Notes: generated by a model not told the origin, from the sequence alone. Numbered from the stretch's first letter, positions 1 through 10,109 are shown. The stretch: DNA of 64,000 nt from Nitrospirota bacterium (GCA_963703955.1 CAVPGK010000018.1:40017-104016); one strand, 5' to 3'. Translations and numbers: made by a program.

Positions 1-382
1 GATCAAGCATCTGCCCGAGACCGGGGTTGCCGGTAAGATTGATTCCGAAGCCGGCCAATGTCTTTGTGATCGGATCTCGGGAGCCATAGGTGACGGTGGA
101 GACCTGGCCGCCGCTCAAATCCTGAACGACCATGCTCTTGAGAAGATCGTTGACCTGATCCGTTTTGAACCTGAGATCAATGCGTGCGCGGCCATGAACG
201 AGGCCCTCGTGTTGGAAGTAACCCACGCCGCTCGAATAGAGCACAACCTTGGACAGCGGCAACGTGGCTTGTTCTGCCGAAGAGGGCGGCGTCGCGCCCT
301 CTCCCTTGGACATCTCAGGCAGGGCAAGAACGCTGCCGGACAGAATCACCAAGATGCCGAGGAGCGCGATCAGAATCTTCAT
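1..382 (-). CDS. DUF4139-like exported protein (5' part; runs off window start)
   Basis: Not in the ORF track. ATG at 382 with AGGAGG RBS; reads MKILIALLGILVILSGSVLA (signal peptide)...LPLSKVVLYSSGVGYFQHEG...DQVNDLLKSMVVQD; open to base 1. Confidence 0.7.
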   Translation of the reverse strand, partial: MKILIALLGILVILSGSVLALPEMSKGEGATPPSSAEQATLPLSKVVLYSSGVGYFQHEGLVHGRARIDLRFKTDQVNDLLKSMVVQDLSGGQVSTVTYGSRDPITKTLAGFGINLTGNPGLGQMLD

Positions 383-430
383 GATGGTCCTCCTTGACCG
401 GGCACAGATGATGGCGGATGATGACGAGCG

Positions 431-1135
431 GTGGTCGGTGTCCTCCTCGCCATGCAGTATAATCGCTCGCGCGAGCCGCTCACAATGCCGGCCTGGTTTT
501 TCATTGCTCGTTCGACAGACGTCCGGCGCTCGTTCGGGGTCATTTGCGTCTGTCTCCTCCTCGGTATCGCAAGTATCGTCCTACCGGCGGCAACAGCCGC
601 GCAATCAGGGAATCGAGAATCGGAGGAGTCACCCTACGGGCTGGACACCGTTTCCGATGGTCAACGGTTGTCGCGAGACGGCGATCGACTGTTGAAAGAA
701 GGTCGTGAACGGGACGCGGCGCACAAGTACCTCGCGGCGCACGAAAAATTTCAAAACCTGCTGCTTCATTATTTCGAGCAGGCGTTTCGCTCCAGCCTGG
801 GTGGCCTGCCTGCCGACGAAGACGCCCTCACAAAGGCCAGCACCGAAGTGGCGGCTCTTCGCAATCTGAATCTATCCAAGCTCTGGGTTGTCCTGGACCC
901 GGAGGACCGGGCATTCGAGCAGGGACTCGAAACCGAGAGGGCGGCGCTGGTTCAACGGTTTCATGAGTTTCTGAGTCCACCTTCGGCGGAGCCGCTGGAC
1001 CGGTTTCTCCATCGGCTCTACCCTGATGACCCGTCAGGCGATCGGCAGATGGAGGCGCTGCGCGGAGGAAGCCTACCGTCTTCCAAACGGTGGACTCGCC
1101 TTGGGATAGACGTCCCACGAACCCATTCGAACTGA
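431..1135 (+). CDS. hypothetical, probably exported protein (true start may be ATG 452 or 485)
   Basis: 234-aa ORF with signal-like hydrophobic segment and helical body; no family recognised. Confidence 0.55.
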   Translation: MVGVLLAMQYNRSREPLTMPAWFFIARSTDVRRSFGVICVCLLLGIASIVLPAATAAQSGNRESEESPYGLDTVSDGQRLSRDGDRLLKEGRERDAAHKYLAAHEKFQNLLLHYFEQAFRSSLGGLPADEDALTKASTEVAALRNLNLSKLWVVLDPEDRAFEQGLETERAALVQRFHEFLSPPSAEPLDRFLHRLYPDDPSGDRQMEALRGGSLPSSKRWTRLGIDVPRTHSN

Positions 1136-1166
1136 GATCCCCGGCGCGCTCACGCCATCTTTCGCC

Positions 1167-1196
1167 TTGACAAGACTTCGAACGCTCCCCTAGAGT
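1167..1196 (+). promoter_or_regulatory. sigma70-type promoter of btuF leader
   Basis: TTGACA-18 nt-TAGAGT directly before the riboswitch. Confidence 0.6.
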
Positions 1197-1204
1197 TGCC
1201 TACA

Positions 1205-1395
1205 CATACGCTCGGGTGTAGGGAAGAGGGTGTCAGTCCCTCGCGGTCCCGCCGCTGTGACTGGGACGAAACCCGCAGACGCCACTGTTCTACCCCCTCC
1301 CTTCCCTCCCCCTTGAAGGGGGAGGGAGGGTGGGGGAGAGATGGGAAGGCGCGGGGAGTAGGGCGAACCAGAAGCCAGAAGACCTGCCCGGGCAA
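1205..1395 (+). promoter_or_regulatory. cobalamin riboswitch 1
   Basis: AGGGAAGAGGGTG..AGTCCCTCGCGGTCCCGCCGCTGTGA, GCCACTG, GGGAAGGC and B12 box AGCCAGAAGACCTGCC, upstream of a B12 ABC transporter. Confidence 0.92.
1293..1340. repeat. GC-rich REP-like palindrome inside riboswitch 1
   Basis: CCCCTCCCTTCCCTCCCCCTT-G-AAGGGGGAGGGAGGGTGGGGG hairpin; a looser similar tract at ~1432-1470. Confidence 0.55.
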
Positions 1396-1520
1396 GGAGC
1401 CGGCCAACGATCCTTCGGTCGGGCTCCACGACCATCTTTCTCTCGTGGGCTGGAGAAAGGGTGAGGGTGAAGAAGCGGGTGCAATCCTCAAGGTCTGTCT
1501 GGCCTTGAGGATTTTTTATT

Positions 1521-2543
1521 TTGAAAGCTCAGAGCGAACAGCGAGCGGCGAACCGCAGGAAAGCGTCTGTGGTGATTCGCTATGCACTATTCGCTGTTGG
1601 CTACGTGCTGATGATGTGCCCCGCGCAGGGTGATGACACGGGACCTCCTTCCATGAAGCGACGACAGCAAGGCATCCTCACCGGTATGCCGTTCATGGCG
1701 AATCTGGCGTCGCGGACGTTCGTGGACGATTTGGGCCGGAAGATCTACCTGTCGAAACCCCCTACCCGCGTCGTGTCTTTGGCGCCAAGCATTACCGAAA
1801 CCCTATTCGCGATCGGACTCGGTGAGCGAGTGGTCGGAGTCACGCAATTTTGCGACTATCCACCGGAGGCGCGGACCAAGCCCAAGGTTGGATACATGCA
1901 TCCAAATGTTGAATCAATTGTTGCCTTGCAACCAGACCTCGTATTGGCGCCGCGGGAGTTCATTCGCCCAGACATCCTCGGCAAACTCGAACAATTGAAG
2001 ATTCCCGCGTTCATTCTGGACGCGAAGACAGCGGAAGACATTCCCTCGCACATCCAGACGATCGGCCGGATGCTCGATCATACCGGGCCGGCGAATCAGA
2101 CGGCTATGGCGCTCAGGCAGCGTCTGGCGGAGTTGCGGACCAAAATTGAAGCGCTGCCGCGCCCTCGCGTGCTCTATGTGCTCAACAGCCAGCCTCTTAT
2201 CACTGTGGGACCAGGCAGCTTTCTCCATCACCTGATCGAACTGGCCGGCGGCGCCAACGTGGCGGCCCGGGCGAAGGCGCCCTATCCACGTCTGAACATG
2301 GAGGAGGTCATCAAGGAAGACCCGGAGTTGATCGTGTTTCCGGGGGGCGGAGCCGAGGGCATCCCGGAGCCCGAGCGCCAACTCTGGCAGCGATGGACAA
2401 CGATCTCCGCGGTCAGGCATCGGCGGTTTCATGAAGTGCCGAGCGATCTGCTGAACCGACCTGGGCCTCGTATCGTGCAAGGATTGGAACGTCTCGCACG
2501 AATCATTCACCCGGAAGCATTTACCGACTCCCTGACTCCCTGA
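1521..2543 (+). CDS. btuF: cobalamin ABC transporter substrate-binding protein (start uncertain)
   Basis: RVVSLAPSITETLFAIG, VGVTQFCDYP, RPGPRI motifs; follows a B12 riboswitch. Confidence 0.9.
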   Translation: MKAQSEQRAANRRKASVVIRYALFAVGYVLMMCPAQGDDTGPPSMKRRQQGILTGMPFMANLASRTFVDDLGRKIYLSKPPTRVVSLAPSITETLFAIGLGERVVGVTQFCDYPPEARTKPKVGYMHPNVESIVALQPDLVLAPREFIRPDILGKLEQLKIPAFILDAKTAEDIPSHIQTIGRMLDHTGPANQTAMALRQRLAELRTKIEALPRPRVLYVLNSQPLITVGPGSFLHHLIELAGGANVAARAKAPYPRLNMEEVIKEDPELIVFPGGGAEGIPEPERQLWQRWTTISAVRHRRFHEVPSDLLNRPGPRIVQGLERLARIIHPEAFTDSLTP

Positions 2544-2547
2544 ATCT

Positions 2548-3699
2548 GTGATGCAGACCGTCACCCCCCCAACGAACCGTGAGCACAGCGCCGCCGAACG
2601 TGCCCCATGCCGCCATCAGGCCGCCGCGGCGGGGTCGAGAGACCGATCCATCGACGGGTCGATTCTGACCCACGGTCGCTGGCGCAGGGTGATGCTGGTC
2701 CTCGCTGCAGCGAGCATCCTCGTCATCATGCTGAGCCTGCGCGCGGGGGCGGAACCTATTCCGTTCGCGGAGGCGCTGCGGATTCTGTGGCGGTTCATGC
2801 AAGAGGGCCAGGCGGGCGTTGAAACTTCCGGCTCGTCGGGCGTTATTCTGATGCAGGTACGCCTGCCGCGGGTGATCCTCGCGTTTCTGGTGGGCGGGTC
2901 GCTGGCCGCGGTCGGGGTTGGGCTTCAGGCCTTGTTGCGGAATCCCTTGGCGGATCCGTACGTGCTTGGTATCTCGAGCGGAGCGGCGCTAGGCGCCGCG
3001 TGCGCCATGCTGTTCGGGCTGGGCGTAACGGCCATCGGGATCTCGCTGCTGCCCCTGTGCGCATTCGGCGGCGGTCTCCTCTCGATCCTGCTGGTGTATC
3101 GCATCGCCGTATCGCACGGGCATCTGCCGTTGCACACGCTGCTCCTGGCCGGCGTCATTCTGAACGCGGTCTTTTCCGCGCTCATCATGTTCATGACATC
3201 TATCATGGACCCCAATCGTTCCTTTGGGATGATGTCCTGGCTTATGGGCACGCTGCAGGCCCCGGATTACCCGGCGCTGCTTGCGCTGGCGTTGTACCTG
3301 GGGATTGGTGGGATCGTGCTGTTTGCGCAGGCAAGGCCATTGAATCTGCTGGCTTTCGGCGAACAGACTGCGCGATCGCTCGGCATCGAAGTCGAATCGG
3401 TCAAGAAACGGGTATTCGTGACCTCGGCACTGCTGACCGGAGCGGTCGTCTCCGTCAGCGGGCTCATCGGATTCGTGGGGATGGTGATCCCGCATGCGGT
3501 GCGGATAGTGGTCGGCGCCGACCACCGGCTGCTATTGCCCGCATCGGCATTGGCCGGTGGAATGTTCCTGACGGCGGCGGACGCGCTCGCGCGCACCCTG
3601 CTCGCGCCGGGAGAAATTCCGGTAGGCGTGGTGACGGCCTTGGCTGGAGGTCCGTTCTTCCTCTATCTGCTCATGCGGCGCAAGGGGGAGTTTGTCTAG
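2548..3699 (+). CDS. btuC: FecCD/BtuC-family ABC permease
   Basis: RLPRVILA, LLRNPLADPYVLGISSGA, GLIGFVGMVIPH, EIPVGVVTA motifs. Confidence 0.9.
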   Translation: MMQTVTPPTNREHSAAERAPCRHQAAAAGSRDRSIDGSILTHGRWRRVMLVLAAASILVIMLSLRAGAEPIPFAEALRILWRFMQEGQAGVETSGSSGVILMQVRLPRVILAFLVGGSLAAVGVGLQALLRNPLADPYVLGISSGAALGAACAMLFGLGVTAIGISLLPLCAFGGGLLSILLVYRIAVSHGHLPLHTLLLAGVILNAVFSALIMFMTSIMDPNRSFGMMSWLMGTLQAPDYPALLALALYLGIGGIVLFAQARPLNLLAFGEQTARSLGIEVESVKKRVFVTSALLTGAVVSVSGLIGFVGMVIPHAVRIVVGADHRLLLPASALAGGMFLTAADALARTLLAPGEIPVGVVTALAGGPFFLYLLMRRKGEFV

Positions 3700-4559
3700 T
3701 GAGTACCCCAGGGGCCACGGCCTACAGGGTTAGGGACCTGGCGTTCCGCTACGGACCCGGTAGTACGACAGGGGCGGCCGATGGCGTGTGGGCGGTGGAT
3801 GGCGTGTCTTTCGAGATTCAGGCAGGCGAGGTTCTCGGCATCATCGGTCCCAACGGGTCCGGTAAGACTTCATTGCTCAAGCTCCTCGTTAAAGTGCTGC
3901 GGCCGCAACGTGGGGAGGTGCATCTCTTCGGGAGGTTGCTGGGCACGCTGCCGCAACAGGAAGTCGCCCGAGGTGTCGCGCTTGTGCCGCAAGACCACCA
4001 GCCGATGTTTCCGTTCACCATCCTTGAGACCGTGATGATGGGACGCTTTCCTCATCAGCCGCCAGGCCGATTGAGCCTTATCGGGTGGGAGAGCGAAAAC
4101 GATCGTCGCGTGGCCGAGCAGGCCATGTGTGATATGGATGTTGCCCATTTAGCCGCACGCTCCATTCATTCCGTATCGGGAGGCGAACGGCAGCGCGCGA
4201 TCATCGCCAGAGCGCTGGCCCAGGAACCGAGCGTCCTGTTGCTGGATGAACCCACGGCGTTTCTGGACCTCAATCATCAGGTCGAAATCTGCGGCATCTT
4301 GCGCCGGCTGAATGAGGAACGGAGACTGACCGTTGTCCTCGTGTCCCACGACCTCAACCTGGCTAGCCAGTATTGTGACCACGTCATGTTGCTTGAGAGC
4401 GGCCGGGTGTATCGAGTGGGGACACCGGAGCAGGTCATTCGACCAGAGGTCCTGGAAGTTGTGTATCACTGTGAGGTGCTGATCGATCGACATCCGTTGT
4501 CCGGCTTGCCTCGCGTGACACTGCCGGGGAGGCCTGGAAGGCGCGTTGCGAAAGCGTGA
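3699..4559 (+). CDS. btuD: ABC transporter ATP-binding protein
   Basis: GTG overlapping the btuC stop; Walker A GPNGSGKT, SGGERQR signature, LLLDEPT, SHDLN. Confidence 0.88.
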   Translation: MSTPGATAYRVRDLAFRYGPGSTTGAADGVWAVDGVSFEIQAGEVLGIIGPNGSGKTSLLKLLVKVLRPQRGEVHLFGRLLGTLPQQEVARGVALVPQDHQPMFPFTILETVMMGRFPHQPPGRLSLIGWESENDRRVAEQAMCDMDVAHLAARSIHSVSGGERQRAIIARALAQEPSVLLLDEPTAFLDLNHQVEICGILRRLNEERRLTVVLVSHDLNLASQYCDHVMLLESGRVYRVGTPEQVIRPEVLEVVYHCEVLIDRHPLSGLPRVTLPGRPGRRVAKA

Positions 4560-4660
4560 TGATCTCAGGCTGCAGGATGGATCCGTACCCGGTCCATCTG
4601 TTCGCTATAGAAAGGGGTACAGAACCGCAGACCAGGAGGTAGCGAGTGACAAGTCGTCAG
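4557..4660 (+). repeat. ~100-bp direct repeat, copy 1
   Basis: Shares TGATGATCTCAGG, an identical 34-bp core GGATGGATCCGTACCCGGTCCATCTGTTCGCTAT and GACAAGTCGTCAG with 5414-5510. Confidence 0.9.
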
Positions 4661-4830
4661 TGTCATCCACGCACTTCTCGGCTGGTAACTTCTCCACGCG
4701 GTGCCCTTGTTGCGACAGGGAATCCCTTGTGCCACATTTGGCGAGCGGAACGGATTGGTTAGGTAGAGATTGAATTATCACAGAGATGAAACAATCATTG
4801 ACCATTAGGCAGTCGCCCGATTGAGAATCC

Positions 4831-5223
4831 ATGCCCAGCTTTAGACAAGTCATACCGCGCCTTCCGGTCAGTGACCTAAACCGCACCATTGCCTTTTACC
4901 GTGACCACTTCGGGTTCGAAGTAAGTGTCATTTGGCCACGTCAGCGCCCCACATTCGTGATGCTATGTCGTGATGGGGCGGGCCTCGGCTTTTTCGAGCC
5001 AACTGAACAGCCTGTAGTGATCGGTTACGCGGAGCTTTATATTGAACTTACAGACTGCCAGACACTACACGACTGGCTTAAAACCCGATTGCCGATCGAA
5101 TGGGGCCCGGAAGTCTATTCCTACCGTCGCCGCGAATTTGCCGTGCGAGATCAAGATGGCTATTTGATTATCTTCACTGAGCCGACGAACGAACCACCGA
5201 CCACAAGTGAACCCGCAGAGTGA
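4831..5223 (+). CDS. VOC-family (glyoxalase/bleomycin resistance) protein
   Basis: IPRLPVSDLNRTIAFYRDHFGF...RREFAVRDQDGYLIIF. Confidence 0.85.
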   Translation: MPSFRQVIPRLPVSDLNRTIAFYRDHFGFEVSVIWPRQRPTFVMLCRDGAGLGFFEPTEQPVVIGYAELYIELTDCQTLHDWLKTRLPIEWGPEVYSYRRREFAVRDQDGYLIIFTEPTNEPPTTSEPAE

Positions 5224-5400
5224 GGGGCGATTGAAAAAACCTGCGAACATTGCGGGCAGACGTTCGAGAGCGTGGCTACCAGTGCTGGTGCGGCGGGTTG
5301 GGAATTACCGAACGGCAGATGGAAGGGATCGCGGATCGGTTTCAGGACTGTTCGTGCCCTGCGTGTCTCAAGAAGGTCGGCAGGGAAGGCCCGGCAGTCG
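5224..5400 (+). pseudogene. frameshifted cysteine-rich CWC-family small protein
   Basis: IEKTCEHCGQTFE, frameshift near 5270, then GYQCWCG...RFQDCSCPACLKKV; clear paralog of 9295-9507; no valid start codon. Confidence 0.7.
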
Positions 5401-5413
5401 AGTCGTGTAGCCA

Positions 5414-5510
5414 TGATGATCTCAGGATGGATGGATCCGTACCCGGTCCATCTGTTCGCTATCGAGGGGTACAGGACCACCAGGAGGGAGTAGCGAGGAC
5501 AAGTCGTCAG
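5414..5510 (+). repeat. ~100-bp direct repeat, copy 2
   Basis: See 4557-4660; this copy runs into riboswitch 2. Confidence 0.9.
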
Positions 5511-5715
5511 CGACGGGGAAGATGGTGCAAAGCCATCACGGTGCCGCCACTGTAAGTGGGGAGTGACTCTGCACGAATGCCACTGTCTGGAAAGCAGTGA
5601 GCCGTCAGCGGTCAGGAAGAAGCTGAAGACCGATAGCTGAAAGTTGATTAACGTTTCAGACGGGAAGGCGCGGAGTCGCGATGATCCACGAGTCAGGAGA
5701 CCCGACTGACGGATG
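5495..5715 (+). promoter_or_regulatory. cobalamin riboswitch 2
   Basis: GGGGAAGATGGTGCAAAGCCATCACGGTGCCGCCACTGTAA, GCCACTG, GGGAAGGC, GAGTCAGGAGACCCG upstream of btuB. Confidence 0.92.
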
Positions 5716-5750
5716 TGTTTATTCACCCTTCGAGCCAAAGGGAGGAGAAC

Positions 5751-7789
5751 ATGCGTCCAGTCTGTTGGAGCCGACCCGGTTTTGTCCTCGTCTGGTGCTT
5801 GATCGTTCCATTCATTGACGAACCCACGACAGCTGCCGCCGAGGAAGAAACGTCGGTTGCGCAGGTCCTTGAAACCGAAGAGGTCGTGGTCAGCGCGACC
5901 AAAACTGAGATTCCGGTCAAGCAGGTCACCAGCGCCGTGGAGGTCATTACGGGGGAGCAGTTGCAGCAGCGGAAGGTGAGAACCGTTGCGGAAGCGCTTC
6001 GCCTGCGCTCAGGGGCTGGCGGTATTTCAAAGCGGTGGCCCTGGCACACTCGTCGACGTTCGGATGCGCGGTGGAACTCCGGAACAGACTCTCGTCTTGA
6101 TCGATGGTGCGATCGTCAATAGCGCCACGGTCGGCACGTATGACTTCGCCAATCTGACGTCCGACAACATCGAGCGGATTGAAATCTTGCGAGGGAACCA
6201 GAGCATGTTGTGGGGATCGGACGCCATGGGCGGAGTGATCAATATTACCACGAAGCGCGGACGTGACACCCCGAACCTATCTGCCTTTTTTGAGTACGGT
6301 TCCTTCGTTACGCTTCGTGAGGGAGCCAATCTGACCGGAAAGAAGGGACCGATGGACTTTGCTTTTTCGCTCTCCCGCTGGGATACAGCGAGCTTCTCGA
6401 CCATCAATTATCGGCGAGGCGCGGCTGAGCGTGATGGATACCACAACTGGCAGGGATCTGCCCGGCTGGGGTTCGACCTTCCGAAAGAGGGACGGTTCGA
6501 GTTTGATTTCCGGTGGATGAACGGGATCGTGAACTTCGATGGGTTTGCGTTCAATCCGGTGACGTTCGAATCCGATCCCGCCGATGTCTACGGCGCGAGA
6601 AGCCAAAGCAACCAATATGTCTTCGCCGGCAACTACATGCAACCGATCACGGACTGGTGGTCACAAAAGCTGACCTTGGCGCGTGCGACCGACAATCTTG
6701 TCTCGTTTGCTGGAACGGTCCAGCGGAATATAGTGACCGGAGTGACGGAGGATGTGCCCTTCCCGTTTCACACCGACATCAATACGACGAGCAACCGGAT
6801 CGAGTGGCAGCATAACTTTCAGATTGGGAAACCCTTGCTTCTGACGGCGGGTTATCAGTTTAGAGAACAACTGGGCGAGAATATCGATCTCACCACGAAC
6901 ACGACCGACCATTCCGAACAAGATCGTCAGCAGCAATGCGGGATTTGCCGAAGCTCAGCTCAATCTCTGGGACCGTCTGTTCGGAACGGCGGGCATCCGG
7001 TACGACGACTACAATGTCTTCGGGAGCGCCACGACCTATCGCCTGACGGGAGGCTACCTGCACCAGGAAACCGGCACCAAGCTCCGTGGCAGCTATGGGA
7101 CCGGATTCCGCGCCCCCACGATCAACCAATTGTTCTTCCCCGACTTCGGCAATCCCAACCTGCAACCGGAGAAGAGCCAAGGGTGGGATCTGGCGATCGA
7201 CCAGACCTTGTTCAACGAGCGCGTGACGCTCAGCGCCGGGTATTTCTATACGCGGTATCGCAACCTCATTGTATCGGTCTTCGATCCGGTCGGATGTGGG
7301 TTCACTCTGTTTGGATTTTGCGCCCAGAACCGTGGCCTTTCCACGGCCGATGGGGTAGAAGCGAGCGCGACGGTCAGGCTCGCGCGGGATCAGGCGTGGA
7401 TCAAGAGTTTGGATCTGCGGTTTCAATACACGTACACGAGCACGCACGATTTGACAGACAACCAGGACACACGCCTGCCGAAGTGGCCGCTGAACCAGTG
7501 GTCGGCCATACTCAGCTACCAACCGATCGAGCGGCTGCGGGCCAATTTGGAGGGTCGGTATGTCGGACAACGGTTTAATAATGTTTCCAACCAGCAATCG
7601 ATCCCGTCCTTCTATGTCTGGAACCTTTCCGCGACCTATGATGTGAACAAGAATGTTCAGGTCTATATGCGTGCCGACAACATCTTCAACGCGAAATATG
7701 AAGAGGTTCTTTTCTTCGGAACTCCGATTCGCTCGATCTTTGGGGGCGTGAGGGTGAATTTTGACGTTCCACTAGGAACCCGATCATGA
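5751..7789 (+). pseudogene. btuB: TonB-dependent cobalamin receptor with two frameshifts (~6007 and ~6910); real pseudogene or sequencing error
   Basis: TonB box EEVVVSATK, plug motif IERIEILRGNQSMLWGSDAMGGVINITTK, barrel end DNIFNAKYE..GVRVNF, spread over three frames. Confidence 0.85.
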
Positions 7790-9204
7790 CCAACTACCCG
7801 CGTTTGGTCATTGCCGGAACTCATAGCGGCGTCGGCAAAACAACGGTGACGCTGGCGCTGCTGGCGGCGCTGAAGGTCCGCGGCCGAGAGGTCCAGGCCT
7901 TCAAAGCAGGGCCTGATTTCATCGATCCAAGTCACCACGCCGCCGTCACGGGCCGTCCTTCTCGTAATCTCGATGGTTGGATGCTCGGAGCGGAACAGAA
8001 TCGACAGATCTTCACTCATGCTGCCGCCGATGCAGATCTCTCGATCATCGAGGGAATGATGGGCCTCTATGATGGCAGTTCGCCCACCAATGAAGTCGGC
8101 AGCACGGCTGAGTTGGCGAAACAACTCGATGCTCCTGTGTTGCTGGTGATCGACGGCAGCGCCATGGCTCGCTCGGCCGCCGCGATGGCGTCCGGGTATG
8201 CGCGCTTTGATCAAGCTGTGCAAGTTGCCGGAGTCTTATTCAACCGCGTGAGCGGTGAGGGACATTACCTCCTGCTCAAAGAGGCGGTAGAGGCAGAAGC
8301 GAATCTCACCGTCGTAGGATACCTGCGACCTGATGCGGCTCTCACTGTTCCCGACCGGCATCTGGGTCTGGTGACCGCGCTTGAACACGGGTCACACGAT
8401 TTCTATGATCGGTTGGCGCAGGCGGCGGGGCAAACGGTGGATCTGGACCGTGTAGAGGCGTTGGCCCGGTCATGCGACGAGTTGGAGGTCCACTTGGACA
8501 TTGGCTCAGTACCGAACAATGATCGCGTGCCTCCTGATTATCTAGTCCGTGTTGGCGTTGCCCACGATCCTGCCTTTTGTTTCTACTATCATGAGAATCT
8601 CGAGTTGCTGGAGGCGGAGGGGGCGGAGATCATCAGATTTTCTCCCCTCCGAGACCGGACCCTGCCAGAAATTGACCTGCTCTATCTGGGCGGAGGCTAT
8701 CCGGAGCTCCATGGGGAGGCGCTGGCCAGCAATGTCGGCATGCGGAACGCGATTCGCGAGTTCGCGAGTCGAGGAGGGACGATCTATGCCGAGTGCGGAG
8801 GCCTGATGTATCTGACGCGGGCGATCCAGGATTTTGACGGGCGTCCTCACGAGATGGTCGGGTTATTCGACGCCGAAGCGGTGATGCGAAAGCCGGCTTT
8901 GACGCTGGGCTATCGAGAGATTGAGATCACGCGTCCTTGTCCTTTAGGGGCCGTCGGGCTGAAAGCACGCGGTCACGAATTTCATTACTCCTCGCTGGTA
9001 CCGACCGGCGCGCTGAACTACTCCTGCACAGTCACCGGCGCGCAAGGTGAATCCCGAGGGCACGACGGTCTGATCGCGGGAAACACCATCGCCCTATACG
9101 CGCACATTCATTTTGCGAGTCAGCCACATCTGGCGCGCGCGCTGGTGGCCTCCGCACGCGGGAACCGTTCACATCTTGCTGCTGATCGGAATCGTGCACC
9201 ATAA
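7786..9204 (+). CDS. cbiA: cobyrinate a,c-diamide synthase
   Basis: SGVGKTT, FKAGPDFIDP, EGMMGLYDG, LGGGYPE, AECGGLMYL, GHEFHYS. Confidence 0.95.
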   Translation: MTNYPRLVIAGTHSGVGKTTVTLALLAALKVRGREVQAFKAGPDFIDPSHHAAVTGRPSRNLDGWMLGAEQNRQIFTHAAADADLSIIEGMMGLYDGSSPTNEVGSTAELAKQLDAPVLLVIDGSAMARSAAAMASGYARFDQAVQVAGVLFNRVSGEGHYLLLKEAVEAEANLTVVGYLRPDAALTVPDRHLGLVTALEHGSHDFYDRLAQAAGQTVDLDRVEALARSCDELEVHLDIGSVPNNDRVPPDYLVRVGVAHDPAFCFYYHENLELLEAEGAEIIRFSPLRDRTLPEIDLLYLGGGYPELHGEALASNVGMRNAIREFASRGGTIYAECGGLMYLTRAIQDFDGRPHEMVGLFDAEAVMRKPALTLGYREIEITRPCPLGAVGLKARGHEFHYSSLVPTGALNYSCTVTGAQGESRGHDGLIAGNTIALYAHIHFASQPHLARALVASARGNRSHLAADRNRAP

Positions 9205-9294
9205 CGGATCAGACGGGGGCAGTGAAGCTTCCGCTTCGCAAAGGAATCAAGCGCAGAAGGGCGTAGAGTTCTGACGGTCTGAGAGAGGGCCGAC

Positions 9295-9507
9295 ATGAGA
9301 GGACCGGTTGACAAGTGTTGCGAGCACTGCGGCCAAGCCTTTACCTGTGGGCAGTATGGCTGCTGGTGCGGCCGCATGGCGATCACGGATGCGCAACTCG
9401 ATTGGATTGTCGGTCGTTTTCAAGACTGCCTCTGTCCCGACTGCTTGCACAAGGTCAGCACGGGGGAATTAGGGCCTTCCGGAGAGCGCCCATCACAGAG
9501 GAGGTAG
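9295..9507 (+). CDS. cysteine-rich CWC-family small protein
   Basis: CEHCGQAFTC..GCWC...DCLCPDCL; GAGAGGG RBS. Confidence 0.8.
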   Translation: MRGPVDKCCEHCGQAFTCGQYGCWCGRMAITDAQLDWIVGRFQDCLCPDCLHKVSTGELGPSGERPSQRR

Positions 9508-9512
9508 CCGGG

Positions 9513-10109
9513 ATGCGCATCACCAAAGTCTACACTCGCACCGGCGATGCCGGGAAAACGCGGCTGGCCGGCGGCCAGCAGGTCTGGAAGGACAGTCTCC
9601 GGGTCGAGGCCTACGGAACCGTGGACGAGCTGAATTCGTCGATCGGGGTCGTGCGCGTGTTCAACACCGACAAGGTTGGAACATATCCCCAGGCCGCTCG
9701 TCTTGAGGAGGAGCTCCGCTGGATCCAGAACAAGCTGTTCGATGTCGGCGCTCTTCTGGCGACCGCTCCGGGCCAGACCTTCAAGAATATGCCCCAACTT
9801 ACAGCCCAGGATGTGACACGCCTGGAACGGCTCATCGATGATTGCCAGAAGGAATTGGCCCCACTGAAGGAATTCATCCTTCCCGGCGGCGGCAAGGTCT
9901 CTGGATTGCTCCATCAAGCACGGACGATTTGCCGACGAGCGGAACGCGTGTGCGTGCAATTGGCCCGCGACGAGGTCGTCGACCCACTCATCGTCAAACT
10001 TCTCAACCGCCTCAGCGATGCCTTGTTTGTCTTGGCTCGTTGGGTCGCCAAAACCCAGGGAGAACCCGAATTTCAATGGGAACGGAACGTCAAAAAAACC
10101 GAGGGTTGA
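9513..10109 (+). CDS. pduO: PduO-type corrinoid adenosyltransferase
   Basis: GAGGAGG RBS; KVYTRTGDAGKT, YGTVDELNS, FILPGG, RTICRRAER, LNRLSDALF. Confidence 0.93.
   Translation: MRITKVYTRTGDAGKTRLAGGQQVWKDSLRVEAYGTVDELNSSIGVVRVFNTDKVGTYPQAARLEEELRWIQNKLFDVGALLATAPGQTFKNMPQLTAQDVTRLERLIDDCQKELAPLKEFILPGGGKVSGLLHQARTICRRAERVCVQLARDEVVDPLIVKLLNRLSDALFVLARWVAKTQGEPEFQWERNVKKTEG

Noticed and set aside
1196..1633. ORFs across the first riboswitch
   Set aside because: Region is explained by riboswitch structure and a palindrome
3000..3698. Long N-terminal extension of the ABC ATPase (likewise for cobU, aspS, pduO, PilH-like)
   Set aside because: Overlaps the upstream gene in a shadow frame; homology begins at later starts
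5221..5275. Selenocysteine or stop readthrough fusing VOC to the in-frame CEHC peptide
   Set aside because: The CWC frame shifts ~16 codons later and I see no convincing SECIS hairpin; a decayed paralog is simpler
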